Positions 13,975 to 24,115 of a DNA stretch of 49,863 nucleotides are shown piece after piece. Source of the stretch: Hyphochytrium catenoides. Its lineage: Eukaryota; Protista; Hyphochytriomycota. The DNA lies in assembly GCA_900088475.1 (NCBI GenBank), contig FLMG01003475.1:1-49863 (forward strand), given 5' to 3'. The notes below the pieces were generated by a model. That model was not told the origin of the DNA, searched no databases, and saw only the letters and a list, made by a program, of their open reading frames with translations. The first letter of the stretch is position 1, and every line of letters begins with the position of its first letter. The translations under genes and the position numbers were made by a program.

Positions 13975-14525
13975 CAAGACCGCTGCGGTTGGTCCCTTCA
14001 CACTGTGGAATGCCGATAACCTTGACTTCCCCAACAGACAACTAGGACCTCCTGTGCCAACCCATCCGCAGCTGCAAGACGCCCTAGCGGACATTGAGTA
14101 GCTTCCCATTCTTGTTGGTCTGACTTGTAACTATCGCTGTAAGAAGACCAGCAGCCAGGAAGCAGTGCCCGTCGAAGTGGGCTTGCTTTGGCTGTTTGCT
14201 GCGTAGGGATAACAACGTTGTTCTGCGATGATGGCTCCCTCGACTCTAGTGGTCAGGAATCACAAGGAGGAAACGTGCAGCAGCGGTTGCTCAGTTCAAA
14301 GCATCTCTTCAGATTCATGGCTTCATTATTATTAGGGGCACAACCGAGAAACCTAGGAAATGGATCCAAGTTCTCACGGCACATCTGATCGGCCATCAAT
14401 TCTTCAGTGCTTTGTACAAAGCTCCTCTTCTCTGTACGACTGCTGGAAGTCTTCGTCCGTCCATCCTTCGCTGGAATGATTGACCGATTATTTGCCGTCT
14501 CATGGATGGAAGAAGGCGTGGAAAG
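13975..14525 (+). repeat. Degenerate repeat family, copy 1 (segments Y-Z)
   Basis: Aligns by eye to 15520-15830 plus 16190-16360. Shared blocks include gccctagcg, gtaactatcgctgta, ttctgcgatgat, ctcgactc.agtggtcagga, cacggcacatct and ctgtacgactgctggaa. Left boundary is approximate. Confidence 0.8.
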
Positions 14526-14938
14526 AAGGGAAGCCTACGATGTGATTATCGATCCTTGATGATTGGGTGCGGCGGTGTGCTCAGCCTTCTTAGTAGCCAT
14601 CATTCAGGAGCTTCAAATGGTGCTGCCAGATGTCACAAGAGGACGCATGTATTATCTTTCTCAAAGGCTATGCTGCGTAGTATGAGGAGAGTAAAGAGCG
14701 GCAGAACGAAGAAAATTCGATGGCTTCCCTACTTCCACTATCTTTACCCAGTCTTTGTGATTGCTGGTAGATAGGGCAGGCGGTGACTCATGCACAGAGT
14801 CATGGGAGCTAATTAAGGTGCTCTCTCAGAATATTGTCACTGCTACTGCTGTCAGAAAGATAATTTGAAGACAGTCACCGTCGACACGACACAGCCCAGA
14901 ATCCAGGATATAATAGCCGCGTAGTGCTTGTTGACTCT

Positions 14939-16360
14939 GTGTCTCGCTTGGGACGTTCACTTCAGTGCAGTAGCGAGGTCACATAATCTGGTGCAACGGA
15001 CGACAACGCTTAAGATGTCCATTCTTCTCCAACATTTAATAGACGTTATTGGCGTCGAGTGAGGTGAGTTCATGGCGGCTGACGGTATCGGGTGCTGGCA
15101 GCTCTAAAGATAGCGGTTGTCACCCACGCCGCGCCAGGTTCTATTGTGGGCTTGATGTATATTAAGTCGTTGGAAGGGAAGATACTATTCGTAACGTGGA
15201 ATGCCAGGTTTTCCCTGTTAGAGGGTAGGACTGACCTACGACGGAATGGAGGAGGAGAGTAAAAGAATCAGATAATACTCGTCTCACCTGGCCACGCCGT
15301 GCAGACATAATCCCTTAAATTCCGCCATCAACGGGGAAAGCAGCATGAGCGACAAAGAGGCGGACCGCCGGCTGCAGAAGAACAACCCTTTCCATAGTTC
15401 ACTATGACATCATATTACTCGTATGAAGGAAAAGAGAAGAAGAGAACGAAGATATTAACACTGTGCATAGCCATCAGCTCTGATCCTCCCATTCACTATC
15501 CTTTTCACTGCTGGCCTATAGCCAGACCACCTAGCTGTCCCAGGTCACAACTAGCAGCAGCAGACTTTCGCCCTCCTCATCACAGGTGCTTGAGATATTG
15601 CTACAGCTGGAAATAGCCCTAGCGCTGATTGATAGCTTACCACCATTTTCTTGTTGTTGCCCTGAGGTGGTAACTATCGCTGTACGAACAGTCAGAAGGA
15701 CGAAGCGTTAGGATAAAAGCATTAATCTTCTGCGATGATTGCCTCCTCGACTCGAGTGGTCAGGAGTTACGAGGAAAAGTGCAGTGGTTGCTCAGTCCAA
15801 GCATTCCTGGTCCATGGCTTTTAGGGGGAACCATGATCTCCCTTGCCAATAATGTTTGTCACTAATAATGCCTCCTCCTCATTCTCCGTGACAGCAACGA
15901 TGCCTTTCGATCGAAAGGTCGAACCTCCTAGTTTAGCTTCCTGATGAATGGCTTTGGTGCTACGTGCCTGCGTGCCTTTCCTGTCAGCGCTGCTGTCACC
16001 TTCGTGGTCTACGAAAAAATTATTGCGTATCTGAATAAGAAATAACTAGACTGACCTAAATAAAATGACTGTTTCTTCTATCTCCACATTCCGTCTCCCC
16101 TATCTCCGAACCGGCCGCGTGCTCTAGGGACATGGTCCGGTGCGGGGCCTCGGGGATGGGGTGAGCCTTGATATATAGCAAGAACAAAACAGAAACCTAC
16201 TATACACAGGTTCACGGCACATCTTATCGGCCCTTATTCAACCTGTGACCAAGCTCCTCTTCTGTACGACTGCTGGAAATCGTCGTCCTTCCTTCGTTAG
16301 ACTCGTTAGACTGATAGATCGCTCAAAAAATTGTCTTTCATAGATGTAAGAAGGTGGAAT
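14939..16360 (+). repeat. Degenerate repeat family, copy 2 (segments X-Y-Z, with ~360 bp insertion at ~15832-16190)
   Basis: 14939-15435 matches 21527-21965, 15450-15620 matches 22860-23040, and 15616-16360 matches 14080-14525 apart from the insertion. Confidence 0.85.
15938..16045 (+). pseudogene. Isolated C-terminal fragment of a mitochondrial carrier (SLC25 family)
   Basis: Translates FLMNGFGATCLRAFPVSAAVTFVVYEKIIAYLNKK*, matching the carrier helix-6 signature G..T.LRAFP.NA.TF..YE. AATAAA follows at 16059-16064. An in-frame TAG lies at 15929-15931, and I found no upstream carrier exons. Confidence 0.7.
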
Positions 16361-17450
16361 ATCCAGGGAGGGATATTAGGTCCTGGCGCGGGTGTAGGAT
16401 GGGGCTGACCTCCTACGTCACTTTCAGATTTCCTCGGTCAGCCTCAGCCTCTGCCGCCTGCTCAAATCTAGACACAGCGGCAACGAATAGAAGAAGCAAA
16501 GCTGACTAGACCTATGCGCTGCCGCAGAACAGTCTTCGCTTGAACCAGCCAGGCGGTACGGAAAGGTCCCAGCAGGCTAGTAATATCAGACGCCGTGTGA
16601 CCCCCACCCAGAGGCTTATACATCTTTTCCGCTCTTGTCACGGCATCCGGGTGAGCAGAAGGAAAGGGGTGAAAAGGAGGAGGGAGCCCTATAAATATGA
16701 TGTGATTGTGGTGGTTCGGGTGGCGCGTTGATGTTGAGAGCTCCTCACTCTTTGCCATTCGGGAGCTGTTGATGCCGCTGGATTCACAAGAGGGGGCATT
16801 ATCATCTCTCTTAGAGCTGGCTCCGCTGCGTATGGAGGTAGCTAAGAGCTGAAGAAGGAAGAACAATGGTTTGCCCCGATACCTACTTCTACTCTCTATG
16901 CCAAGTCTGTAGTAAATATACATACACACTTGCTAGTTATATGTTATTTATTTAATCGGTGCCTCACGCCACCGCGTGTCCGCGACATAATGCCTGCTAG
17001 AGGTACTTTGAGCTTCTCTAAAAAGATTATTGGCAGTCAGGGGAGGAGATAGATAAAGGGGTCCTCTTGCTCTTTGCAACGCCAAGAAAAGCTTTTATGA
17101 TAGCTTGTTGCCTGCCCAAGTGTCCGAAGAGCCTGGCTTAGCTAATCGATCCCTAGCAATGAAGTTCATGGACTAACACTGAATAATATTTTCGAGACGA
17201 GAGGACGCCACAGCCTTCGTCAAGGCGTTTTGCCGGGTTCGACAACAACTCTACTTATGTTAGCCCTCGATGGCCAAGGTGCCAATGTGGTTGATGGTGG
17301 GGAGGATATCCCGGCTGTTGTTGATCATCTACACTGACCTTCTTTCTACCTTCATCATCGAAAGCACCATAAAGGAGGTTGTTACCTCAGCATTGAGAAA
17401 CGATGAGATGCTATTAGTATTTATTTCTTGACAAACAGGCTGTTGATGCT

Positions 17451-19970
17451 TTACATTGGAACTAGTGGTTGAAACCCTCTCTGAAGCCCGCATATCTCAA
17501 GGTGTCTTGATGATGATGTGCTGCCTGGCCTCACCGTAATTCCCTCTTCCAATGCCTCATCATATCCATTCATCGTCGTCGTTCCGTCCTTGGTCTTCCA
17601 ATCTTCTCCAATGAAAGTAAGCCGAAGGAAGCGGGTGATGACAAAAGGTTCAATGTCTTCGGCAGCATGTGCTCTCAGAGTACTGTCACTGTCACTACTG
17701 CTGCTGCTTCTTTCTTCTTGAAAATTGAGCCTCGTTACTGCCACCAAGTTGTTATCCAAGCCACTTTCCGATTCTTCTGCTGTCGTGAGGTTGGTGTAAG
17801 TGGTGGCCCAATAATAGTTAGAAGGGTCTAGGTCTCTGTACGCCATTCCATCCAGAGAGACCGAGACAGTCACCTGAGACGTAAGTTCTCTCGGAAGGCG
17901 ATGCTTGATCACCACGCTGCTCAATTTACCAATAGAAATGAAGTCATAACCAATGAAGTTTCCCAGTTTGAGAGGGTAGAATGACTTCCAGCAGCAGTCA
18001 CCTCCACCGACAGCACAGGGAATAGGAAAGCGTTTAAAATGCCCGATTTGTTGGTTGAATAGCTCTCTTGCTACCGGTTCATAGTTAGCCCTGGTGGGGT
18101 CATACTGGGGCGTGGAGATATCTACCTGGGCAATGTTTGTTTCGAAGCGACAGCTACCATCGGGGCAGGTGCTCCACCATCGTTGCGGCCAGTTCTTGTT
18201 AAGCGGTTGAGCAACACTTAAGCTGAGAATCACATCAGCTGCATTCACCTTGTTGCTGGCAGTCAAGTTCTCAAACTCGCTGCTGGGATCATCTGTGTCC
18301 TGAGTAGTACGGTTAGGAGTTCTCTGCTCTGCAAGACTAAACGTCGTCGCATTCTCGGCATTATTATAGATGGAGCCGTTGGAAGTGAGAGGAAGTCTCG
18401 AGCCCTCTCCTCGAGACGCTATCGTTGCCTTTCTTGCGTCTTGGTATTGCTTCATAAGTGAATCAAAAACGCTTCTAGCGGCAAAGTTCTTAACTGCACC
18501 TATTTCATTTTGGACGTTGTTTCCTGAGCGATAAATAGCCACCGCACGCTCCTCTTCACCACCCAGCTCCTGCAGCTGCACGGTGTAAATGACTGGGAAC
18601 TGGTTGAGCATGATGGTAAACATAGCGTCCATATGCAACTCAATGTTCGGGCCACTATTGTACCCAGTGGCGATAATTCGAAAACGATCCAGATGCGCTT
18701 TGCTTACAAAGCAACCGCAGCCTATCCAAGCGAACCCTGAGTGAAGGTTTATGGTATGGTTGGAGAAGGACCATTTGTAGTCATCAGCCGCCGTTGGCGC
18801 GTCAGTAGCAACATGCACTTGTGACGGTGATGCAGCATACCCGAGGAACAATCCCCAGAAGTAACCTCGAGTATCCCAATCATCATCCTGGAGGAAGACA
18901 GTCGGGTTAGAGGCCATGGCCGCTGCCAAGTACCGTCCTCGTGTCCCGAAGTTATACCGAGAGTTAACGATCACGATCTCCTTTGAAGCTGCCGTGAGGG
19001 AGACGTTGCGAAAGTATTCCTTTGTCAGCGTTACGTTAGGGTTGTTGTTCCATATGATAACCTCCGATACAACGGAGTAATCTAGGAGGTAGCTAACGAT
19101 CGTTTTAATATTCTCCGTCCTCTTCCAATGAATGAGTACAGCCGTAGTCTGAAACTTCGTCTTCAGGGCTCGATTATGAATGATGGCTTGACCAGTTTCC
19201 TCTTTAGTGAAGAAGGCTTTAGCGCTTTCTCGAGAGCTGTTCCTTGTAAGGGAAGCTGGCTCACTAACGTAGTCATCATCTTCTTCCTCAACCAAGAAAG
19301 GAGCACCGAGCGCTTCAGATAGGCTGATCTTCTCATAAGCCATGGAGTAGACTTGCACTTGACCGCTGCCGACACTGACAAGTGTGCCAGATGGGTCAGT
19401 TGGCAAGGGAGGTGTGCTTGTGCTTTGGGCGTTGATTTTGCTAGGACTAACCATGCTAGGAGAAAGAGTACTTGGTGCTATTGTTGCCGCGAAAAGTGCT
19501 GGTCGAGAAGTTGACTCGCTGGCCGGAGATCCTGCATCTTTTAATGGCAGGGTTCTCTCTGACGAATTCTGTGCGAAGCCCTGTGACGACGAAGATAAAT
19601 TGCCTGTTTTTGAGGTTGTTCCGCCTACTCCCCTTAGTAAGGCAGCAGGTGGAGTCGTCGTACGTTGGGGCTGTGAAGCTCTTGTAGGAGCAGCCAGGGA
19701 AGCAGCCGGGTCTCGAGGAGAGACCACTGGATCGTTACCACTAGGATAAGAGTCGTTTCCGTCCTCGCCACTGCTGGCCAACTTGTTGAGCATCCGAGAA
19801 TGGATGACGTTACCATTGTCTGCATCACGTGACGTGAGCGCACGATTGCAGCTTAGTCCCTGAAAGTGCACAAGCAGTAGGCCTGTGCCTGCGAGAAGAA
19901 AGAGGATTCGTAGGCGACTGGTCGCTAGCCGATGATGAAAGGGTTGACATGGCCTACTCCAGCGAGTCAT
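17451..19970 (-). CDS. Type II membrane GT-A glycosyltransferase (GT64/EXTL-like fold) with probable C-terminal beta-sandwich carbohydrate-binding-like domain
   Basis: Intronless 839-aa ORF. It has an N-terminal TM anchor (ILFLLAGTGLLLVHF) and an S/T/P-rich stem, then TAVLIHWKR..EVIIWNNNP..RY.AA..FLQDDDW (DxD) and HSGFAWIGCGCF. The C-terminal region has CWKS..FIGYDF..VSVSLDG..RFLRL. Confidence 0.8.
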   Translation of the reverse strand: MTRWSRPCQPFHHRLATSRLRILFLLAGTGLLLVHFQGLSCNRALTSRDADNGNVIHSRMLNKLASSGEDGNDSYPSGNDPVVSPRDPAASLAAPTRASQPQRTTTPPAALLRGVGGTTSKTGNLSSSSQGFAQNSSERTLPLKDAGSPASESTSRPALFAATIAPSTLSPSMVSPSKINAQSTSTPPLPTDPSGTLVSVGSGQVQVYSMAYEKISLSEALGAPFLVEEEDDDYVSEPASLTRNSSRESAKAFFTKEETGQAIIHNRALKTKFQTTAVLIHWKRTENIKTIVSYLLDYSVVSEVIIWNNNPNVTLTKEYFRNVSLTAASKEIVIVNSRYNFGTRGRYLAAAMASNPTVFLQDDDWDTRGYFWGLFLGYAASPSQVHVATDAPTAADDYKWSFSNHTINLHSGFAWIGCGCFVSKAHLDRFRIIATGYNSGPNIELHMDAMFTIMLNQFPVIYTVQLQELGGEEERAVAIYRSGNNVQNEIGAVKNFAARSVFDSLMKQYQDARKATIASRGEGSRLPLTSNGSIYNNAENATTFSLAEQRTPNRTTQDTDDPSSEFENLTASNKVNAADVILSLSVAQPLNKNWPQRWWSTCPDGSCRFETNIAQVDISTPQYDPTRANYEPVARELFNQQIGHFKRFPIPCAVGGGDCCWKSFYPLKLGNFIGYDFISIGKLSSVVIKHRLPRELTSQVTVSVSLDGMAYRDLDPSNYYWATTYTNLTTAEESESGLDNNLVAVTRLNFQEERSSSSSDSDSTLRAHAAEDIEPFVITRFLRLTFIGEDWKTKDGTTTMNGYDEALEEGITVRPGSTSSSRHLEICGLQRGFQPLVPM

Positions 19971-21526
19971 GCTGCTGACGATGAACTACTACGTAGCAGC
20001 GGTGATGCGCTCGTCGTGCTTTCGCTACTACACTACTACTACCCTTCGTTCGCGTTGTCTTAGCGTCGTCAGAGTTCTTCCGTCGTTCATCTAACACCTA
20101 TAATAAAAGTGGCGAAGTGTGTGAAGCAGTGAGTGCCTTTGCCATAATGATGAGCTGCTACCACGTGGAGGAGAGCACCCGAGTGATAGACGAAGGGTCT
20201 TCCGGCGATTGTAAGATGAGACCGATGTAGCTCGTATTCATTCGCCCCCACACGCTGGGCGGTACTCCTCTCTCTCTTTCTTTCTCTATGTGGTCCCAGT
20301 AACGCCCGCGCTCCGCGCTCATAATATTGCCAAAACCCTTGACCTTAGACAGCTCCTTCTTCTCCTCTCCTTTCGCCTTTCCTCTTACTGGGGTGACCCG
20401 TTTGCCTCACCTATTATTAAACATTAGTCATCCGTGTACTAAAGAAGTAGGAAGGAGGAACATTGGTCGAGCTCCCGCTAAGAGTTGGTAATAATAACGC
20501 CTGGCCCTTCTCCCTGAACTGTGTCACCAGGAGTTTGGTCGAGTACTAGAGTGCAAAGGAAATGTGCTGCGAGAAGCCCTAAGATGGACCGGAGCCGTTG
20601 GGGATATCTTTGGTTCTGGTGGATTTCACTTCCCCATCGTGATAAACAGCAAGAATAACGGCTGTTGAAAATGCTCCATCATCACACGTTTTGCCCTCAA
20701 AACCGCAGTTACACAAATTTCAGTACTCCTTCAGGAGCTGTTGCAACGGAAGCAGCATTGTTAGCTTTTCTCTATAAATCCTTGGATTCATCATTCCTGC
20801 TGTTTGTGCTCCTTGCCCCTCTTTCTACGACTGCAGAATGTTCATAGAGCTGCTGTTCATAGCATGTCGCCACTGTGTGGGATGAAGAAAGGCGCATGCC
20901 ATCAAGTCCAAGGTAGGGCCTAACTCTTATGCTCAACATAAAGACGGCAATGCTTGCTCTGGATGTCTAGTTTCTCCCTTGCACTTGTTTGACCAGCAGC
21001 AGCAGAGGGAAAGCCTATATACCTGGCTGGGCTGTTATTTCGCAGCAGCAGTGAGGAGGGGAGAGAAGAGGACGCAAAACACTGACTTCGCGCTCTTCTA
21101 CTACTCCCGTTGATGATGGTGGCATTGAAGATGATGCCTTGGCTAGACGAGTGATGAGGAATAATGACTGTTCAGCGCAGCAGGCGCCGGTTCTTGTTGG
21201 AGGAGGGGGGATGACTTGACTCCGGAATAATAGGGAAGACATCGTTGTTTGTCATCTTGCTTATTATTACTTACGTCCCGGCGGTAGGCGCGTCATGGCT
21301 CTCAACTTTCTCCACCAGCTGACTTCACCGCAGAAAAGATAAAAAGAGAAAGCAATGAAGCAGTAGTAGAAGAAGCTGCATTTGCCAAACACTAAATTCC
21401 TGCTTTCTTTGTTGCCACCAATTGTAGCCAGCTTCAGTCGGCTTTCAGAAAGGTAGTTGCAGACAACCATCGTCCACGGGACGCAGCCCAGAATCATCTA
21501 GGATACATTCTAGTAGTTGTTGAAAT

Positions 21527-23040
21527 TGTCTCGCTTGGGGCGTCGTCACTTTCGTGCAGAAGCGAGGTCACATGTTCTGGTGCAAGAGACGACGCTAAGA
21601 TGTCTATTCTGCAACATTTAACAGGCATTATTGGCGTCGAGTGAGGTGAGCACTCGTGGTTGGGGACTGACGGTATCAGGGTCCTGGCCAGGTTCTATGG
21701 TGGGCGTGGACTAAGCGGTAGAAGGACGGACAATCCGTAAAGTGGGACGTGAGGTTTTCCTGTCTGAGGATGGGACTGACCAACAGAGGAATGGAGAAGG
21801 AGAGTCAAAGAAGCAGATACCACCCAGGGCTGCTGCAGACATAATGCCTTCATTCCGCCATCAACAGGGAAAGCGCCGTCAGCGACAAGAGGCGGACTGT
21901 TGTGGAGCACATACCTTTCCATAGTTCAGTATGACGTCATACTAGTACTCATATGAAGGAAAAAAGAAGGAAACGTGGAAGAAGAACTGAAGACAGAAAA
22001 ACTAGGAAAACGTAGAGAAAGATGAAGGTCTGAAGAGACAAGAGAAGAGAAAGTTTGGACTCTTCAACTCTTCCGCTAATAGAACTATCAGCAGTGAAGA
22101 AGGAGAATATATAGCTGATTGTTCTCCTGAGTCAACAGAAGATGGGAAGAGGTGAGAGGAGGAGTAGCAAACAAGTTGATCTGCATGTCCTGTGGGAAAG
22201 AGGCCTAAGGGCCCTAACTGTCGAGGATGGAATACGTCTCAAAGATCTCTATAATCGATGTAGGCTTCTCATCAAGCGTGGAGATGTCGTCACGACTAAA
22301 GATTGAACAAAAGACTCTGCTGCCGCTTTCCCTGTGTGGCTTCTCCCTTTACTCTATTGATATACCCGAGTACTAGGCAGCCCAGTAACATGATGTAACC
22401 AACAATAGTACTGACCCCTTGTTGCTCACCATCGTCAGACAGCCGCTTTCATGAATCTCAGCTGCTGCTGGATAGATAGCTCGAGCGCATTGTACCAAGA
22501 CACTGTGTTCACTTCCGTTCTCAACCAGTCTTCTTTGCAGTAGTGGGAACAGATACCATGCCTTCATCACACGCTTCTTCCTTTTCGGAAAAAGGAACTA
22601 GAGATTGACAGCGTTACTTTGAGCTCGTTGGCAGCACGACGACGGCTTATTCTTCTAAAAATAGCGTAAGTTGAATTTCTTAGTGTTTTGTCTGGCCACT
22701 CAATAGCATTGTTCGCCCTCGTCAGATGAACGGAGAAGAGAATGAGCGATATTAGCTGGTGGAGCAGATCAAGTTCTTGATTGTGCTAGCTCTTGGAGGA
22801 GAAGCAGTGCTCTTCTCGCAGCACAGTCCTGTAACAACTTGCTAGGCCCAAGTTCACGTGATATTTAACGTTTTGCATAGCACCATCAGCTCTCATCGTC
22901 TCATTCACTACTCTTTTCGCTGGCTTATTATAGCCACACCACTTAGCTGACCCAGGTACAAGTTAGCAGCAGCTGCAGCAGCTGCAGCAGCACTTTCGCC
23001 CTCACGAGTGCTTGAGATATGCTAACCCAGAATAAGCGAT
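21527..23040 (+). repeat. Degenerate repeat family, copy 3 (segments X-Y, with ~900 bp insertion at ~21965-22858)
   Basis: Blocks shared with copy 2 include tgtctcgcttggg, agcgaggtcacat, ttattggcgtcgagtgaggtgag, tgcagacataat, ttccgccatcaac, cctttccatagttca, ccatcagctct and gtgcttgagatat. Confidence 0.85.
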
Positions 23041-23105
23041 GATAGTAGTAGAAGAGGTAGACGTCACAATGAGCCAACAAAAGATATATTGAGGAACATG
23101 AATAA

Positions 23106-23133
23106 TTAGGGTTAGGGTTAGGGTTAGGGTTAG
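23106..23133 (+). repeat. Interstitial telomere-like repeat (TTAGGG)4TTAG
   Basis: Four perfect TTAGGG units plus TTAG. Confidence 0.85.
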
Positions 23134-23569
23134 CCAACAGCAGTTGGCTGAACCTCACGCTACGAAGAAGAAGATCCTTATCTGCGATGGTCACTGAGGG
23201 CGATCGCCGACCATACATCTGCAGTGTGGCGCAGTAGCAGCAAGAAGAAGGTCCAATTCCTGACGGTGGTCGGTCGCGAGGTTGATTGAGACGAAGGTTA
23301 TGGTCTGGATGGTGGTGTTGTCACCTTCACAAACTCGACCACGGACTGTAGTCCATCTCGCCTCCTGCCAATGGCACTCAAGGCCGTGAGGTAGGTGGGG
23401 AGGTCCAGGGGTACGTGTATTGGTGTTCGCTTCAAAATTGCTTGCACATGGTGGCATCGTCCTCTCTTAGCTGAAGGCGCATCTTCTTGCTTGCACTGCT
23501 TCTTACTTCAGGTTGGCTACTGCTCATCCTTTGACCGGTATGAGGTTATCATGCATGCTGGCCTTCCAG

Positions 23570-24115
23570 TCAATAGCCATCATCGTCTGCTGCCGCAAGC
23601 TCATCCCCTAAGTCATTCTTCCTTTCGCCTCCTACAGTCAGAAGGATGTTGGGATAGGGGATATCTACCATGAAGGACTGCTCTTCGTCCAAAATCGCTG
23701 CAATCCGCGGGTGAACATATGGTGGAAGTGGCGATGTGGGGCGAGAGGGAGGAACCGAAGTGGTGTGCGAAGTGCCCCTTTGGCGGCTGCTTACTGGAAG
23801 TTCCCCTGCCTCTTCTTCCGCCTCCGGTTCAGGGCTTGCGTCCTCATGACTAGTATCAGGACTGCTAGCATTGCTCCTGCTCATACTTGATCTTGCCTCT
23901 TTCTCTTCCGTGTCTCCATCACAATCTTCCCCTACAGTGTCCTCGTTGTTGCTGTCAACGAGTTGTCTTCCACCGCCGCTAATTGTTGACTGCCATCCAA
24001 TATTCTTGTCTATGTCACAGTCCGCATCCACTGAAGCCAAAGCAGCAGTCATAGTGGTGGCAGCAACACGGTTCCTTAGGAAAAGAGGACGAAAAGCCTT
24101 GTCATCACAGTTCAT
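23570..24115 (-). CDS. Hypothetical acidic low-complexity protein, member C of the local motif family (possibly 5'-truncated or pseudogenising)
   Basis: 181-aa ORF with motif PYVHPRIAAILDEEQSFMVDIPYP at 23722-23651. An upstream in-frame ATG at 24250 is separated from it by a single TAG at 24178-24176. Confidence 0.55.
   Translation of the reverse strand: MNCDDKAFRPLFLRNRVAATTMTAALASVDADCDIDKNIGWQSTISGGGRQLVDSNNEDTVGEDCDGDTEEKEARSSMSRSNASSPDTSHEDASPEPEAEEEAGELPVSSRQRGTSHTTSVPPSRPTSPLPPYVHPRIAAILDEEQSFMVDIPYPNILLTVGGERKNDLGDELAAADDDGY

Noticed and set aside
16400-16470. HDV-like ribozyme (GGGGCUG...UUCCUCG...)
   Set aside because: There is no P2 partner, no GG for P1.1 and no C-x-RA J4/2. Only a generic pseudoknot remains.
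19128-19843. Several short ORFs overlapping the glycosyltransferase
   Set aside because: Antisense or alternate-frame shadows of a well-supported CDS with no motifs of their own.
20680-20720. Minus-strand CNCGFEGKTC resembling an EGF-like fragment
   Set aside because: It is too short, is flanked by stops and lacks the other cysteines.
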